37,446 bases of DNA from a virus (IMGVR_UViG_3300029822_001161:1-37446); one strand, 5' to 3'. Counted from the first letter of the stretch, positions 25,993 through 35,649 are shown. Notes: generated by a model not told the origin, from the sequence alone. Numbers and translations are program-made.

Positions 25993-26361
25993 ATGATACA
26001 GGCACACAAAGGGCCTACGGCGCCCATAGCGTTGGTAGGCGTGGATACGGCTGAATTGGACTGCTCCGGACTCAACAGGATGGTCCTGCAGGCGGATCTG
26101 CTGTCCAGCCCCAACGGCCGGGTGTATTTCCGGGCCGATTACGGAGAGGACAAGGATGATTGCAGCCCGGCCAACGCCGAGGGCTATATAACAGACGGCG
26201 GCACGGCCGTGATCAACCTGGATCCCTGGATCAAGACGGAGACAGCGTTGCCGCGTATCTACCTGGCGCTGACCGATGCGGCCGGTGTGGCTGCCAACGG
26301 CGGGGCCAACGATCGTATGCTGGTGTATGCCGAAAAAGGCTATACAGAACTGGCGAGGTGA
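25993..26361 (+). CDS. Hypothetical protein, first gene of the tail-operon insert
   Basis: AGGAGGT SD; no family recognised. Confidence 0.75.
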   Translation: MIQAHKGPTAPIALVGVDTAELDCSGLNRMVLQADLLSSPNGRVYFRADYGEDKDDCSPANAEGYITDGGTAVINLDPWIKTETALPRIYLALTDAAGVAANGGANDRMLVYAEKGYTELAR

Positions 26362-26362
26362 G

Positions 26363-27238
26363 ATGATGGGAGATAAGATCATAGGGGCAGGCAAGGAGAA
26401 CCGCATCCCAGGGGCAACCAAAATATATGTGGATGGCGCGGTGACGGCGCATGAAACCGAGTTTACCCATGCCGATATAGCGGAAAACACTGCCGCCCGT
26501 CACGGCCATGACAACAAGGCGGAGCTGGACAAATTGACAGACGGTGCTCATGATGTCCGGACGGATAATCCTCACCAGGTGACGGCGGCCCAGACGGGAG
26601 CAATACCGGCCAGCGAGAAGGGCGCCGCTGGCGGCACATGCGATTTGGATATAGGACAGAAGGTTCCTGCCAGTAGGCTGCCCAGCACAATCATGGAGTT
26701 CAAGGGCACTTGGGATGTCTCGACAAATGCTCCGGAGCTTGCCGACGGCATAGGTGATACGGGCGACATATACCTGGTGAATGTTGCCGGGACCAGGAAC
26801 CTGGGCAGCGGCGACATTGAATTCCAGGTTGGTGACTGGATCATCTGCAACGGCGCCATCTGGCAGCGGTCCATAAACTCCAATTATGTCCTATCCGTCA
26901 ATGGACAGCAGGGCATAGTGGTGATCGAGCAAAAATTGGAATGGGAGCTGGTCATCGAGGAGCCTGCTGCAGATGGGCAGACTGTGCCTCTGACCACCAG
27001 GGCCAACGGAGCCGGTCATCTGACCAGGATCGCGGCGGCCTGCTCTGCCGGCAGTTGCTCAGTCAAATTGCAGATCGGCGGCGTGGATGTCCCTGATAGT
27101 GCGCTGGAGGTAGGGCAGGTGATAGCATCCGCCGCCCTGGACACCGGCTTTGCCGACGGCGACCGGGTGACGGTTGTCATCAGCGATGTGGTGGATTGCG
27201 CCGATCTGGAGCTTACAGCCCATTACAGGCAGGTGTAA
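26363..27238 (+). CDS. Fibre/appendage-like structural protein
   Basis: DNPHQVTAAQTGA, KGAAGGTCDLD..KVPASRLP, FKGTWD and VLSVNGQQG, segments typical of phage fibres. Confidence 0.7.
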   Translation: MMGDKIIGAGKENRIPGATKIYVDGAVTAHETEFTHADIAENTAARHGHDNKAELDKLTDGAHDVRTDNPHQVTAAQTGAIPASEKGAAGGTCDLDIGQKVPASRLPSTIMEFKGTWDVSTNAPELADGIGDTGDIYLVNVAGTRNLGSGDIEFQVGDWIICNGAIWQRSINSNYVLSVNGQQGIVVIEQKLEWELVIEEPAADGQTVPLTTRANGAGHLTRIAAACSAGSCSVKLQIGGVDVPDSALEVGQVIASAALDTGFADGDRVTVVISDVVDCADLELTAHYRQV

Positions 27239-27239
27239 C

Positions 27240-28544
27240 GTGGGACGGATTATCTATATACCCAAGAAACAGGGCAGTGTGCCGGCAATAATACCGGATC
27301 TCTGGTTTTATGGAGCCAACCTCTATCCCTATGCAAACGGCCCGTATGTGCTGCAAAGCTCTGATGCTACCGAGCCTGTTATCTATGATGAGGGCACAGA
27401 GTATGAGATGCATACATGGACGGAGACCAAGGTATATGCTCACGTCTATACCCCTGAATGGACTATAGCCTACACTGGTACTCATATGGAATACCCGCTG
27501 CATCCGGAATACAACATGGTGGATGAGAGCACTGACATCAAGGAGAACGGCACTGCCAGGTATAGTCTCTGGGGCGGATTCATCGGGACGGATACTTATT
27601 ACGATAATGATACCTATACGGATACAGCGTCATTGAAGTTATACGAAGGAGAGGTCCTCTATCGCACCGTCACGATCGCCGTATCCCTGGGACAGGGAAC
27701 CGTTACTCCGTCCGGTGCCATACAGGTGGAAGCAGGCGGAAGTCTGCTTCTGCAATTTGCTCCGGGTGAGGGATATGAGGTTCAAGGGCTGTATGTTGCC
27801 GGCGAACCTATACCGGTAACGGATGATCATTACACAATCGCCAATATTGCCCGGGATATGATTGTCGGAGTAGCGTTCGACGTTATCGGTTCACCGTTTA
27901 CATTGAATTGGGTATCCTTACTCCATTTTGATGGAGAGGATCAGAGCACTGCCTTTACGGATGAACGCAGCCGTATATGGACACCACATGACGGAGCAAG
28001 CGGTCAGGCGAAGATCATAACGTCCGATAAGGTGTTCGGCACGGCATCAGGTACATTCGGAGGCTACCAAGGCGGCTATATCGAATGCTCGGATGCAGAT
28101 TATTTCAATTTCGGCACGAGGGATTTTACATTTGCCTTCTGGATCAAACTGATAGAGCCGGCGATTGATAGTCATGTTTTCAGTAAAGGAACGCCGGGTT
28201 CAACGGGATACTTTAGGCTTTACTTCTCCGGAGATGCCGATACCGGCTGGAGGGCGGAATTCACAGGATTGTCCCAGCAGAGGTACTGGGGTCCGACTTA
28301 TAACGTATGGACCCATATAGCGTTAGTCAAGCATGGATCGGAGATGGCATATTTCAGGAATGGGACGAAGTATATATGGTCCGGTAATTTTACAACCCCG
28401 CTTACCAACGCGTATCCCTTCTATATAGGAGGATATCCGGGATGTGGCCGGTGCCTTCCGCATATAGATGAGTTCATCTGTCTGAACGGTGAGGCCCTGT
28501 GGACAGATAGCTTTACACCGCCGACAGGGCCGTACGGAGGATAG
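27240..28544 (+). CDS. Adhesin-like protein: Ig/B-repeat-like domain plus LamG/ConA-like domain
   Basis: GTVTPSG...FAPGEGYEV; SLLHFDG...DFTFAFWIK...WTHIALV...IDEF...FTPP. Confidence 0.8.
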   Translation: MGRIIYIPKKQGSVPAIIPDLWFYGANLYPYANGPYVLQSSDATEPVIYDEGTEYEMHTWTETKVYAHVYTPEWTIAYTGTHMEYPLHPEYNMVDESTDIKENGTARYSLWGGFIGTDTYYDNDTYTDTASLKLYEGEVLYRTVTIAVSLGQGTVTPSGAIQVEAGGSLLLQFAPGEGYEVQGLYVAGEPIPVTDDHYTIANIARDMIVGVAFDVIGSPFTLNWVSLLHFDGEDQSTAFTDERSRIWTPHDGASGQAKIITSDKVFGTASGTFGGYQGGYIECSDADYFNFGTRDFTFAFWIKLIEPAIDSHVFSKGTPGSTGYFRLYFSGDADTGWRAEFTGLSQQRYWGPTYNVWTHIALVKHGSEMAYFRNGTKYIWSGNFTTPLTNAYPFYIGGYPGCGRCLPHIDEFICLNGEALWTDSFTPPTGPYGG

Positions 28545-28547
28545 CTT

Positions 28548-28703
28548 GTGAATTGTATCAGTTGTAAGAAAACTACTACAACATCAGGATATATCTGTCC
28601 TATATGCGATATCCGGTTCTGCCATGCATGTGTGAAACGCTTCGAGCGCAAGTGCCCGATGTGCCATAACCCGATGGAGAAGGAGCCGCGTCATGGCCGG
28701 TGA
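28548..28703 (+). CDS. 51-aa C4C4 RING-like zinc finger protein (absent from the ORF track)
   Basis: GGAGGA SD, GTG start; MNCISCKKTTTTSGYICPICDIRFCHACVKRFERKCPMCHNPMEKEPRHGR; fills the gap between neighbouring genes. Confidence 0.8.
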   Translation: MNCISCKKTTTTSGYICPICDIRFCHACVKRFERKCPMCHNPMEKEPRHGR

Positions 28704-28926
28704 TTACCGTGACATATACGTAACCGTCCAGGGAGACACCTGGGATACGATCAGCTACAAGGTTTACGGATCGTGCGCCTACATGGACAAGCTCATCCGG
28801 CATAATCCGGAGCATATCGAGACCGCCGTCTTCAGTGCCGGCGTTGAGTTGGTCTGTCCGGATGTCGATGTACCAGCGGCGGCCGCCCTGCCGCCCTGGA
28901 AACAGGCAGGTGAAACGGATGACTGA
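28693..28926 (+). CDS. Tail protein X (P2 gpX, LysM-like)
   Basis: YVTVQGDTWDTISYKVYG...NP...LPPWK. Confidence 0.92.
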   Translation: MAGDYRDIYVTVQGDTWDTISYKVYGSCAYMDKLIRHNPEHIETAVFSAGVELVCPDVDVPAAAALPPWKQAGETDD

Positions 28927-29917
28927 TTTCACCAGGCGGGCCAATCTGAGGGTGGTCTATCAGAGCACAGATATCAGTGCCGATCTGCAGCCGTTTCTTC
29001 TCTCCTGGTCCTATACCGAGGGGCTGGAGCAGGCCGACGATCTGCAAATCACCGTAGAGGATGCCGACGGCCGATGGATGAACGCCTGGATGCCGGAGCG
29101 CGGCGACAGGATCCGGGCCGATATCCTGCTCAGCGACGGCGACGGTCCACGGCGCCTGCCCTGCGGGCTCTTCTCCGTGGACGGCCATGAACACCAGGGG
29201 CCGCCGGATACCATGACCATAAAGGCGGTCAGCGCCGATGTCAACAGCAACGTCCGGCGGGAGAAGAGATCAAAGGCCTGGTCCAAGGTTTCCCTGCGCC
29301 AGGTGGCGGAGAAGATCGCCGCCGGCGCCAGGCTGAGGCTCAACTGGCAGGCCGGCATCAACTCGGTCTACCAGAAGCTGAGCCAGAGCAATCAGAGCGA
29401 TATGGAGTTCCTGCTCAAGCTCTGCGCCCGTGAAGGGCTGCGGGTGAAGGTAGGCGACGGGCAGATCACCGTCTTTCCCCAGAAGAAGTTCGATGCCGCC
29501 GCCGGCGTGCTCACCATTCGCAAGGGCACGGATGCCGTGCTGTCTCACTCATTCAAGCGGGACAGCGTGGACACCTACCGGGCGGCCGTCATCCGCTATC
29601 GGGACGAAAAGCGGAAGAAGGTGCTGGAATATACCTATAACCGCCCCGGCGCCCCGGCCGACGGGCAGACGCTGCGCATCACCGAACGCTGCGAGAGCCT
29701 GGCCGAAGCCAGGCGCATCGCCCCGGCCAGGCTCATGGCTGCCAACCGAGGTCTGATGACGGCCGATATCACCATGGTGGGTGATGAACGACTGCTCTCC
29801 GGATTGAATGTCAAAGTGGCCGGCTGGGGAAGGTATGACGGCAAATACGCCGTGGAGGAGACGGCCCATGCCGGACCGGCTTATACCACCGCATTGAAGC
29901 TCAGGCAGGTGACATAA
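28919..29917 (+). CDS. Baseplate hub / late control protein D
   Basis: ADDLQITVED, GPPDTMTIKA, QSDMEFL and GWGRYDGKY. Confidence 0.92.
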   Translation: MTDFTRRANLRVVYQSTDISADLQPFLLSWSYTEGLEQADDLQITVEDADGRWMNAWMPERGDRIRADILLSDGDGPRRLPCGLFSVDGHEHQGPPDTMTIKAVSADVNSNVRREKRSKAWSKVSLRQVAEKIAAGARLRLNWQAGINSVYQKLSQSNQSDMEFLLKLCAREGLRVKVGDGQITVFPQKKFDAAAGVLTIRKGTDAVLSHSFKRDSVDTYRAAVIRYRDEKRKKVLEYTYNRPGAPADGQTLRITERCESLAEARRIAPARLMAANRGLMTADITMVGDERLLSGLNVKVAGWGRYDGKYAVEETAHAGPAYTTALKLRQVT

Positions 29918-30342
29918 TGTATCTCAGGATAGGCACGGTTCACGCCGTGGATCCGGCTACGCACCGGATACGTGTTCTTTTTGATGACCAGGACGCGGAT
30001 TACATATCCGATTGGCTGCCGTTCTTCGCTTGGGCCGGCTCCTACAAGCTGCCGGAGAAGGGGCGCCAGGTGTGGTGCATTCTCCGGGAGGAGGGCGAGG
30101 AGGACGGCCTGGCGCTATGCGAGACTTGGAACGATGAGGATACGCCTCCGGAGAGCGGAGCCGGCATGTTCTACTTCCGGGCCCCGGACGGCAGCAAACT
30201 TAAGTATCATAACGGCGTTATGACCATACAGGCGGCTTCCATCGTCCTGGACGGCGCCGTCACCGTCACCGGCAATCTGACGGCCGCACATCTCAAGAGC
30301 AACACCATTGTGGAGGATGCCGCCGGCAACGTCCGGATATAG
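29917..30342 (+). CDS. Baseplate spike protein (gpV-like)
   Basis: RIGTVHAVD...RVLF...SDWLP. Confidence 0.88.
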   Translation: MYLRIGTVHAVDPATHRIRVLFDDQDADYISDWLPFFAWAGSYKLPEKGRQVWCILREEGEEDGLALCETWNDEDTPPESGAGMFYFRAPDGSKLKYHNGVMTIQAASIVLDGAVTVTGNLTAAHLKSNTIVEDAAGNVRI

Positions 30343-30354
30343 AGAGGTAGATCA

Positions 30355-30870
30355 ATGGCACAGACAGGCAGCTTCGGCCCCCTGATATTCGAGATTTCCC
30401 CCGGCCGCAAAACACCCATACCATCCATCAGCGCCGCCGGCGGCGGCCGCTGGAACGCCCATGAGGTGGCCGGGGCCGAGCCGGTGCAGGAGTGGAACGG
30501 CCCGGCCCCGCGGACAGCCTGCTTTACAGTGGTCTTTGCAACCCAGCACGGCGTTGATGCGGAGGCCGAGTTGGAGAGGGTAGCCGGCCTGGCCGAGGCA
30601 GGAACCAGTCACCCGCTGATCATCGGCGGCAAGCCTCATGGCGGCAGCGGCTCATACTGGGCCATAGAATCATGGAGCGTGGAGAGCACGGTTTTTACTC
30701 GATCCGGATCAACCGCCCGGGCCGAGGTGCAGTTGTCGTTCATCCGTATCCGGAGTGCAAGCTCCATTGCCCGGCAACAATCAGCAGTGCAGAACACCAG
30801 CACTGAGGTCACCGTAACGCGGATCGGGGATGTTGTCATAACCAAAAAGAACACTCAAAAGAAGAGGTAG
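30355..30870 (+). CDS. Tail protein (P2 gpU-like)
   Basis: GSFGPLIFE...RWNAHEV...GP...PLIIGGK. Confidence 0.82.
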   Translation: MAQTGSFGPLIFEISPGRKTPIPSISAAGGGRWNAHEVAGAEPVQEWNGPAPRTACFTVVFATQHGVDAEAELERVAGLAEAGTSHPLIIGGKPHGGSGSYWAIESWSVESTVFTRSGSTARAEVQLSFIRIRSASSIARQQSAVQNTSTEVTVTRIGDVVITKKNTQKKR

Positions 30871-30873
30871 TAT

Positions 30874-31200
30874 ATGATCGTCAACGTCAACGGCATAACA
30901 GGTTCCATCAACAGATATCCAGGGACTATAGAGGAAGAGGTATACCAGAACGTGCGCATCCTGGCCGCTACCGAACGGCTCAGTGTCCCGCTGGATCGAG
31001 GGCTGGGCATCGATGCGGATTTTATCGACGCCCCCGTAGACAGAGCCATGCAGATGATCTCACAGCAAATCATGGAGGCCGTTGCTCGTAGTGAGCCACG
31101 GGCCGAGATCCGCGGCGTGGATCTCAACGCCGGCAACATCCAGCAACTTATAGACGGCAACTATACCGTCAGCCTGATAGTGAGGGTGAAAGATGTCTGA
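30874..31200 (+). CDS. Baseplate wedge protein (gpW/gp25-like)
   Basis: EEVYQNV...VPLDRGLG...EPRA. Confidence 0.88.
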   Translation: MIVNVNGITGSINRYPGTIEEEVYQNVRILAATERLSVPLDRGLGIDADFIDAPVDRAMQMISQQIMEAVARSEPRAEIRGVDLNAGNIQQLIDGNYTVSLIVRVKDV

Positions 31201-32320
31201 TAACTATATCATCCCCGAAATATCCTGGGTCAATACCAGTCCGGAGGCCATAGCCAACGCCGTTATCAGCCGCTATGAGGCAGCCGCCGGCAGGACGCTC
31301 TATCCCGGAGATCCCGTCCGTTTGGAGCTGCTGACCATCGCCCAGCAGATTGCCCAAGAGAGGGCGCTGCTCGATGATGCGGCTGCTCAGACCTTTTTGC
31401 AATACGCTCGGTCGCTCTACCTGGACGTGATCGGAGAATCGAGAGGCGTTCCCCGGCTGACGGCAGCGGCAGCTACCTGCATTCTGCAGTTCACCGCTGA
31501 TCCTGCCCCGGCCGTGGATATAGTCATCCCCGCCGGGATCAGGGCCACCAAGGACGGAGACCTGGCTTTCGCCACCACTGAGGCTGCCGTCATTCCGGCC
31601 GGAAGCACAACCGTCAGCGTTGTCGCCGTCTGTGAGGCCACCGGCGAGGCCGGTAACGGCTATATCACCGGTGAGATCGCCACCATGGTGGATCCCATAG
31701 CCGGCGTCGCCGATGTCGGCAATACCAACGCCACCAGCGGAGGAGCCGAACCGGAGGATGATGAGCGCTATCGCGAGAGGGTCAGGCTCAGCATCACCCA
31801 GTATTCCACCGCCGGACCGCGGGACGCCTACATCTATCACGCTCTCAGCGCCAGCGGCCAGATCAGCGATGTCTCCGTTCTCTCTCCGGATCCCGGCTGC
31901 GTGGATGTCTATATACTGCTGGCCGGAGGAGTCATCCCGGCACCGGCGGCCGATATTCTGGATACCGTCCAGGACTACCTGGACGACGAAACGCGGCGGC
32001 CGCTCACCGACCTGGTCAGCGTCAAAGCGCCGGTTGCCGGCAATTACGATATCACCTTGACCTATTATATCGGCCGCAGCCAGGCTGCCCAGGTGGACGC
32101 AATCCGCACAGCCGTGGATGCTGCCGTAGCCGCCTATACTGCCTGGCAGCGTGCGCGGATCGGCAGAGACATCAATCCGGATGAACTGCTGCGGCTGATT
32201 CTCAACGCCGGCGCCAAGCGGGTTGTTATCACCGCTCCGGTCTACACTGCATTGGACGCCACCCAGGTGGCCCAGGAGGGCGCGACAACTGTTACCTACG
32301 GAGGCTTGGAGGATGACTGA
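31193..32320 (+). CDS. Baseplate J protein
   Basis: LYPGDP, EDDERYRER, STAGP and RPLTD. Confidence 0.95.
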   Translation: MSDNYIIPEISWVNTSPEAIANAVISRYEAAAGRTLYPGDPVRLELLTIAQQIAQERALLDDAAAQTFLQYARSLYLDVIGESRGVPRLTAAAATCILQFTADPAPAVDIVIPAGIRATKDGDLAFATTEAAVIPAGSTTVSVVAVCEATGEAGNGYITGEIATMVDPIAGVADVGNTNATSGGAEPEDDERYRERVRLSITQYSTAGPRDAYIYHALSASGQISDVSVLSPDPGCVDVYILLAGGVIPAPAADILDTVQDYLDDETRRPLTDLVSVKAPVAGNYDITLTYYIGRSQAAQVDAIRTAVDAAVAAYTAWQRARIGRDINPDELLRLILNAGAKRVVITAPVYTALDATQVAQEGATTVTYGGLEDD

Positions 32321-32879
32321 GACCATACATAACGTCGATCTGGCCACCCTGCTGCCGGGATCCGTCATTTGGGATGACGACGCCGTTCGCATCATGCAGG
32401 CCTCCGATCCGGAACTCAAAGCCGTCATGGCTGCCATCCGGGACCGGCTGCCGAATATCTACAATATCGACAACCTGGCGGAGAGGGTGGTGGACCTTCT
32501 GGCCTGGGAGCATCACGTCGACTATCCGCCCCGGTCCGGATCCCTGGCAGACAAGTGTGCCCAGGTGCGCGGATCCATGGCCGAACATAGGATGCACGGC
32601 ACCCGCTACGCCGTCCGGAAGTTGTGTGATGACTTCTTTGGAGAGGGTAACTACACCCTCCAGGAGTGGTTCCAGTATGCAGGGGAACCTTTCTGGTTCA
32701 GAGTGGAGTTTATAGACGTTATCGCCGATTGGCCTGATTTCCTGGCCAGATTGCGCATAGTGAAAAACGTGAGAAGCTGGGCGGAGCTGATCATGCGGAA
32801 CAATGGAGATGCCCCCTGTAATATCGGCGCAGGCAGTATGCAGGGTTGGATCATGACGGTTACGGAGGCTATACCATGA
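32313..32879 (+). CDS. Tail protein I (P2 gpI-like)
   Basis: DLLAWEHHVD, HRMHGT, EWFQYAGEPF and KNVRS. Confidence 0.92.
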   Translation: MTETIHNVDLATLLPGSVIWDDDAVRIMQASDPELKAVMAAIRDRLPNIYNIDNLAERVVDLLAWEHHVDYPPRSGSLADKCAQVRGSMAEHRMHGTRYAVRKLCDDFFGEGNYTLQEWFQYAGEPFWFRVEFIDVIADWPDFLARLRIVKNVRSWAELIMRNNGDAPCNIGAGSMQGWIMTVTEAIP

Positions 32880-33898
32880 GTCAATTCAATCTCAAAGTTA
32901 CCGATGCCGGCAGGATGCTCTTTGCAGATCTGATAGCCGGAGCCGAGGCGCTGGCCGTTACCAAGCTGGCCATTGGCAGCGGGGATCTGCCGGAGGGTGT
33001 TGCTCCGGAGGAGATGACGGCCCTGGCCGGCCAGCAGGCCGAGCAGAATGTTGTAACGGTGACGGCCGATGATGAGGTGGTCACCGTCCGTGGAGACTTC
33101 ACCAACGCCGGCCTGGTGGCCGGGTATCAATTGAAGGAGCTGGGCGTCTTCGCCGCAGATCCGGAGGCGGGACCCGATATCCTCATCGCCTACGGCAACG
33201 CCGGCGACAACGCCGGGTATATGCCGGCAGAAGGTACCAACGCCTTGACGCTGATCATGCAGGCTATATTCACCGTCAGCGGCGGCCTGGCCGTGACTGT
33301 GAACATCGATCCCGGAGTATATGTCGACCTGGTCACTTGGGGAACTCACCTGGCAGGAGCCGGAGGAGCTAACCAGCATCCACTGGCCACCATCGAGGAT
33401 CCCGGGATGATGAGCGCAGCCGACAAGAGCAAGCTGGATGGGATTCAGAATGACTACATCCTGATAGCGGATGAAAAGAGCGCTGGTACGCACGGCGGTA
33501 CCTTTACCGCTGGCGATTGGAGGACCCGGGACCTGAATACTATTATTGCCAACCCGGGCAATATCGCCTCTTTGAGTAATAACCAGATTACTCTACCGGC
33601 CGGCACATATCGCTTCCTGATTACTGCGCCGGCTATGGTGGCCAGCGAACATCGCGCCATCTTTTACGATGTCAGCGCTGCGGCTACCGCTCTGAGTAGC
33701 ACCAGCGCACAGACATCCAATAGTGTCTCGACCGCTACCGAATCGATCATAGACGGGGAGATAACCATAGCAGATGAAACAATTTACGAAGTGCGTCACC
33801 GGTGCAATAACACCAAAGCGACGGACGGCTTTGGCCGAGCAAGCAACTTTGGTGGCAACGAACGTTATACCGTTGTGAGAATATGGAAGGTGGGATAA
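32876..33898 (+). CDS. Tail fibre protein
   Basis: N-terminal baseplate anchor (VTDAG...LKELGVFA); GMMSAADKSKLDGI; C-terminal ITLPAGTY beta domain. Confidence 0.88.
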   Translation: MSQFNLKVTDAGRMLFADLIAGAEALAVTKLAIGSGDLPEGVAPEEMTALAGQQAEQNVVTVTADDEVVTVRGDFTNAGLVAGYQLKELGVFAADPEAGPDILIAYGNAGDNAGYMPAEGTNALTLIMQAIFTVSGGLAVTVNIDPGVYVDLVTWGTHLAGAGGANQHPLATIEDPGMMSAADKSKLDGIQNDYILIADEKSAGTHGGTFTAGDWRTRDLNTIIANPGNIASLSNNQITLPAGTYRFLITAPAMVASEHRAIFYDVSAAATALSSTSAQTSNSVSTATESIIDGEITIADETIYEVRHRCNNTKATDGFGRASNFGGNERYTVVRIWKVG

Positions 33899-33900
33899 AT

Positions 33901-34191
33901 ATGGATGTTGCTCTGGCCATAGACGGTTTGGTGCCGGCCGCTAAATATGGCGGATCGGTAACAGACAACAGTAAAAAATCCTTTGACGCCTTGTTATGGG
34001 AGGACGCCAGACCCAAACCCACATGGGGATCCATTACTGCCTGGTGGGATGCCAACGGAGCCCAGGTAATGGAAGACCAGGCTGCAGAGGATCTGATAAC
34101 AGCCGAGGCCCGGCAGATGGTCCAGGAAATGGCAGTGGAGAGGCTCAAAAAGGCCGGTAAGCTATCGGCCGGGTTTGATCTGAAGAGATAA
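33901..34191 (+). CDS. Tail fibre chaperone-like protein (XkdW-like)
   Basis: Follows the fibre gene; W..ARPKPT motif. Confidence 0.65.
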   Translation: MDVALAIDGLVPAAKYGGSVTDNSKKSFDALLWEDARPKPTWGSITAWWDANGAQVMEDQAAEDLITAEARQMVQEMAVERLKKAGKLSAGFDLKR

Positions 34192-34211
34192 CGCAGGGGG
34201 AGGGGAATTCT

Positions 34212-34436
34212 ATGGCGGTGGATTGCAATACGGAGAAGGGCTGCACGGCTTTGCAGCTACTGAATAAGGATGTTGTGGATGTAGTCAAAGATGTAAGGCG
34301 TAACGAGGTAAACATCGGTAAGATCTTTGAGCGCCTGGACAAGATGATGGTGTCATTCCTGTTGTCCGCACTAAATACACTTATCCAGATCGGCCTGGCT
34401 GTGTTTGTTTATTTAGTATTGAAGGGGGGGAAGTAG
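34212..34436 (+). CDS. Holin-like / XhlA-like membrane protein
   Basis: Coiled N-terminus and C-terminal hydrophobic helix, directly before the endolysin. Confidence 0.65.
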   Translation: MAVDCNTEKGCTALQLLNKDVVDVVKDVRRNEVNIGKIFERLDKMMVSFLLSALNTLIQIGLAVFVYLVLKGGK

Positions 34437-34437
34437 T

Positions 34438-35118
34438 ATGAAATTCATCGAGCTTTACATCCCACAGGGGAGAAAGAACAGGCCCGGCCGGATCATGACG
34501 CCGCGGTATATAACCGTCCACGATACCGGCAACACAAAGGTGGGAGCGGATGCCTCCGCTCATGCCGCGTACCTGGCCGTCAACAAGGACGCTGAAAAGA
34601 ACTTGGTATCCTGGCATCTGACCGTCGATGAACTCGATGTATATCAGAGCCTGCCGTTCAACGAGTGCGGCTACCATGCCGCAGATGGCGCCGGACCAGG
34701 CAACCGTCAGAGCCTCGGCGTAGAGATGTGCATGCATCTTGACGGTGATCGGAAAAAGATCGAGGCCAAGGGATCGGCTGCCATTGCACAACTCATTCGG
34801 GATGTTCCTACCCTGCTCCCGTTCCCGGAGTGCGTTGTCCAGCACAACCACTGGAGCGGCAAGAACTGCCCGCAGATCCTCCGGGCAAGGAAGAACGGAT
34901 GGGAAGGCTTCCTGGCCGCCATCAAGAAAGAACTGAAGCCGGTGGCCACTACGTCGGCACCCAACGAGTTCCCTATCTACGTGGGCACTAAGAAGATAGG
35001 CATGGCCGTCATCATAAACGGCGTCGCCTATGGCCCCATCCGGGCCCATGCCGAAGCGCTGGGCGGCCAGGTGGTTTATACGGCCAGTCCGCGTAAGGTC
35101 ACTATCGTTACCAAATAG
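34438..35118 (+). CDS. Endolysin: N-acetylmuramoyl-L-alanine amidase (Amidase_2, XlyA-like)
   Basis: ITVHDT, SWHLTVD, HAADG, GVEMC and HNHWSGKNCP; C-terminal INGVAYGPIR..AEALG domain. Confidence 0.95.
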   Translation: MKFIELYIPQGRKNRPGRIMTPRYITVHDTGNTKVGADASAHAAYLAVNKDAEKNLVSWHLTVDELDVYQSLPFNECGYHAADGAGPGNRQSLGVEMCMHLDGDRKKIEAKGSAAIAQLIRDVPTLLPFPECVVQHNHWSGKNCPQILRARKNGWEGFLAAIKKELKPVATTSAPNEFPIYVGTKKIGMAVIINGVAYGPIRAHAEALGGQVVYTASPRKVTIVTK

Positions 35119-35181
35119 ACCGGCCGATGCCGGATAACCTTAGGGGAGAGGGTAAGCCCAAAAAGAATGGAGGTGATATCG

Positions 35182-35472
35182 ATGAAGATACTTAAGTTTC
35201 TGCAGACCCTGTTGTTCCTGACCGGTCTCTTAAAGCCCCTGATCGAACTGATCGAGGCGGTAGAGCAGCCCGGTCACGGTGCCGAGAAGAAGAAAGCCGT
35301 CCTGGACCTGATGAAGGAATCCATAGTGGCCGCCGAGAAGGCAGTGCCCGGTCTTGATCTGGACCAGGACATGATTGTCGCTTTCCTCGATAAGGCAATC
35401 GACATGGTAGTCAACCTCAAGAACCTCATCGGCGGGTTTCGCAAAACTCCCGCTGCGGATACGGCTGGATAA
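35182..35472 (+). CDS. Putative second holin-like lysis protein
   Basis: N-terminal hydrophobic helix, GAEKK motif; GGAGGTG SD. Confidence 0.6.
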   Translation: MKILKFLQTLLFLTGLLKPLIELIEAVEQPGHGAEKKKAVLDLMKESIVAAEKAVPGLDLDQDMIVAFLDKAIDMVVNLKNLIGGFRKTPAADTAG

Positions 35473-35649
35473 CGGCCGTCCGGATCTGCCGGCAAACGCC
35501 ACTTTAACGACCGATACCTCAGCATATGAGGAGACCCCCGAGGAGCGTAACCGCCGGTACCGCGAGATGGTGCCGGACGGAGACGCTGACCTTTCCGATC
35601 TGCATATCTCATAGGGCGATTCCCGCCCGATCATGCCTTCCCCCGAAGG

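Noticed and set aside
25993-34191. Diversity-generating retroelement or invertible tail-fibre switch
   Set aside because: No reverse transcriptase or invertase gene, and I saw no template/variable repeat pair.
35411-35614. Stop-free frame after the second holin-like gene (...AYEETPEERNRRYREMVPDG...)
   Set aside because: No convincing start or SD, and the nearby GGGTTTC is in the wrong phase for a -1 shift from the upstream gene.
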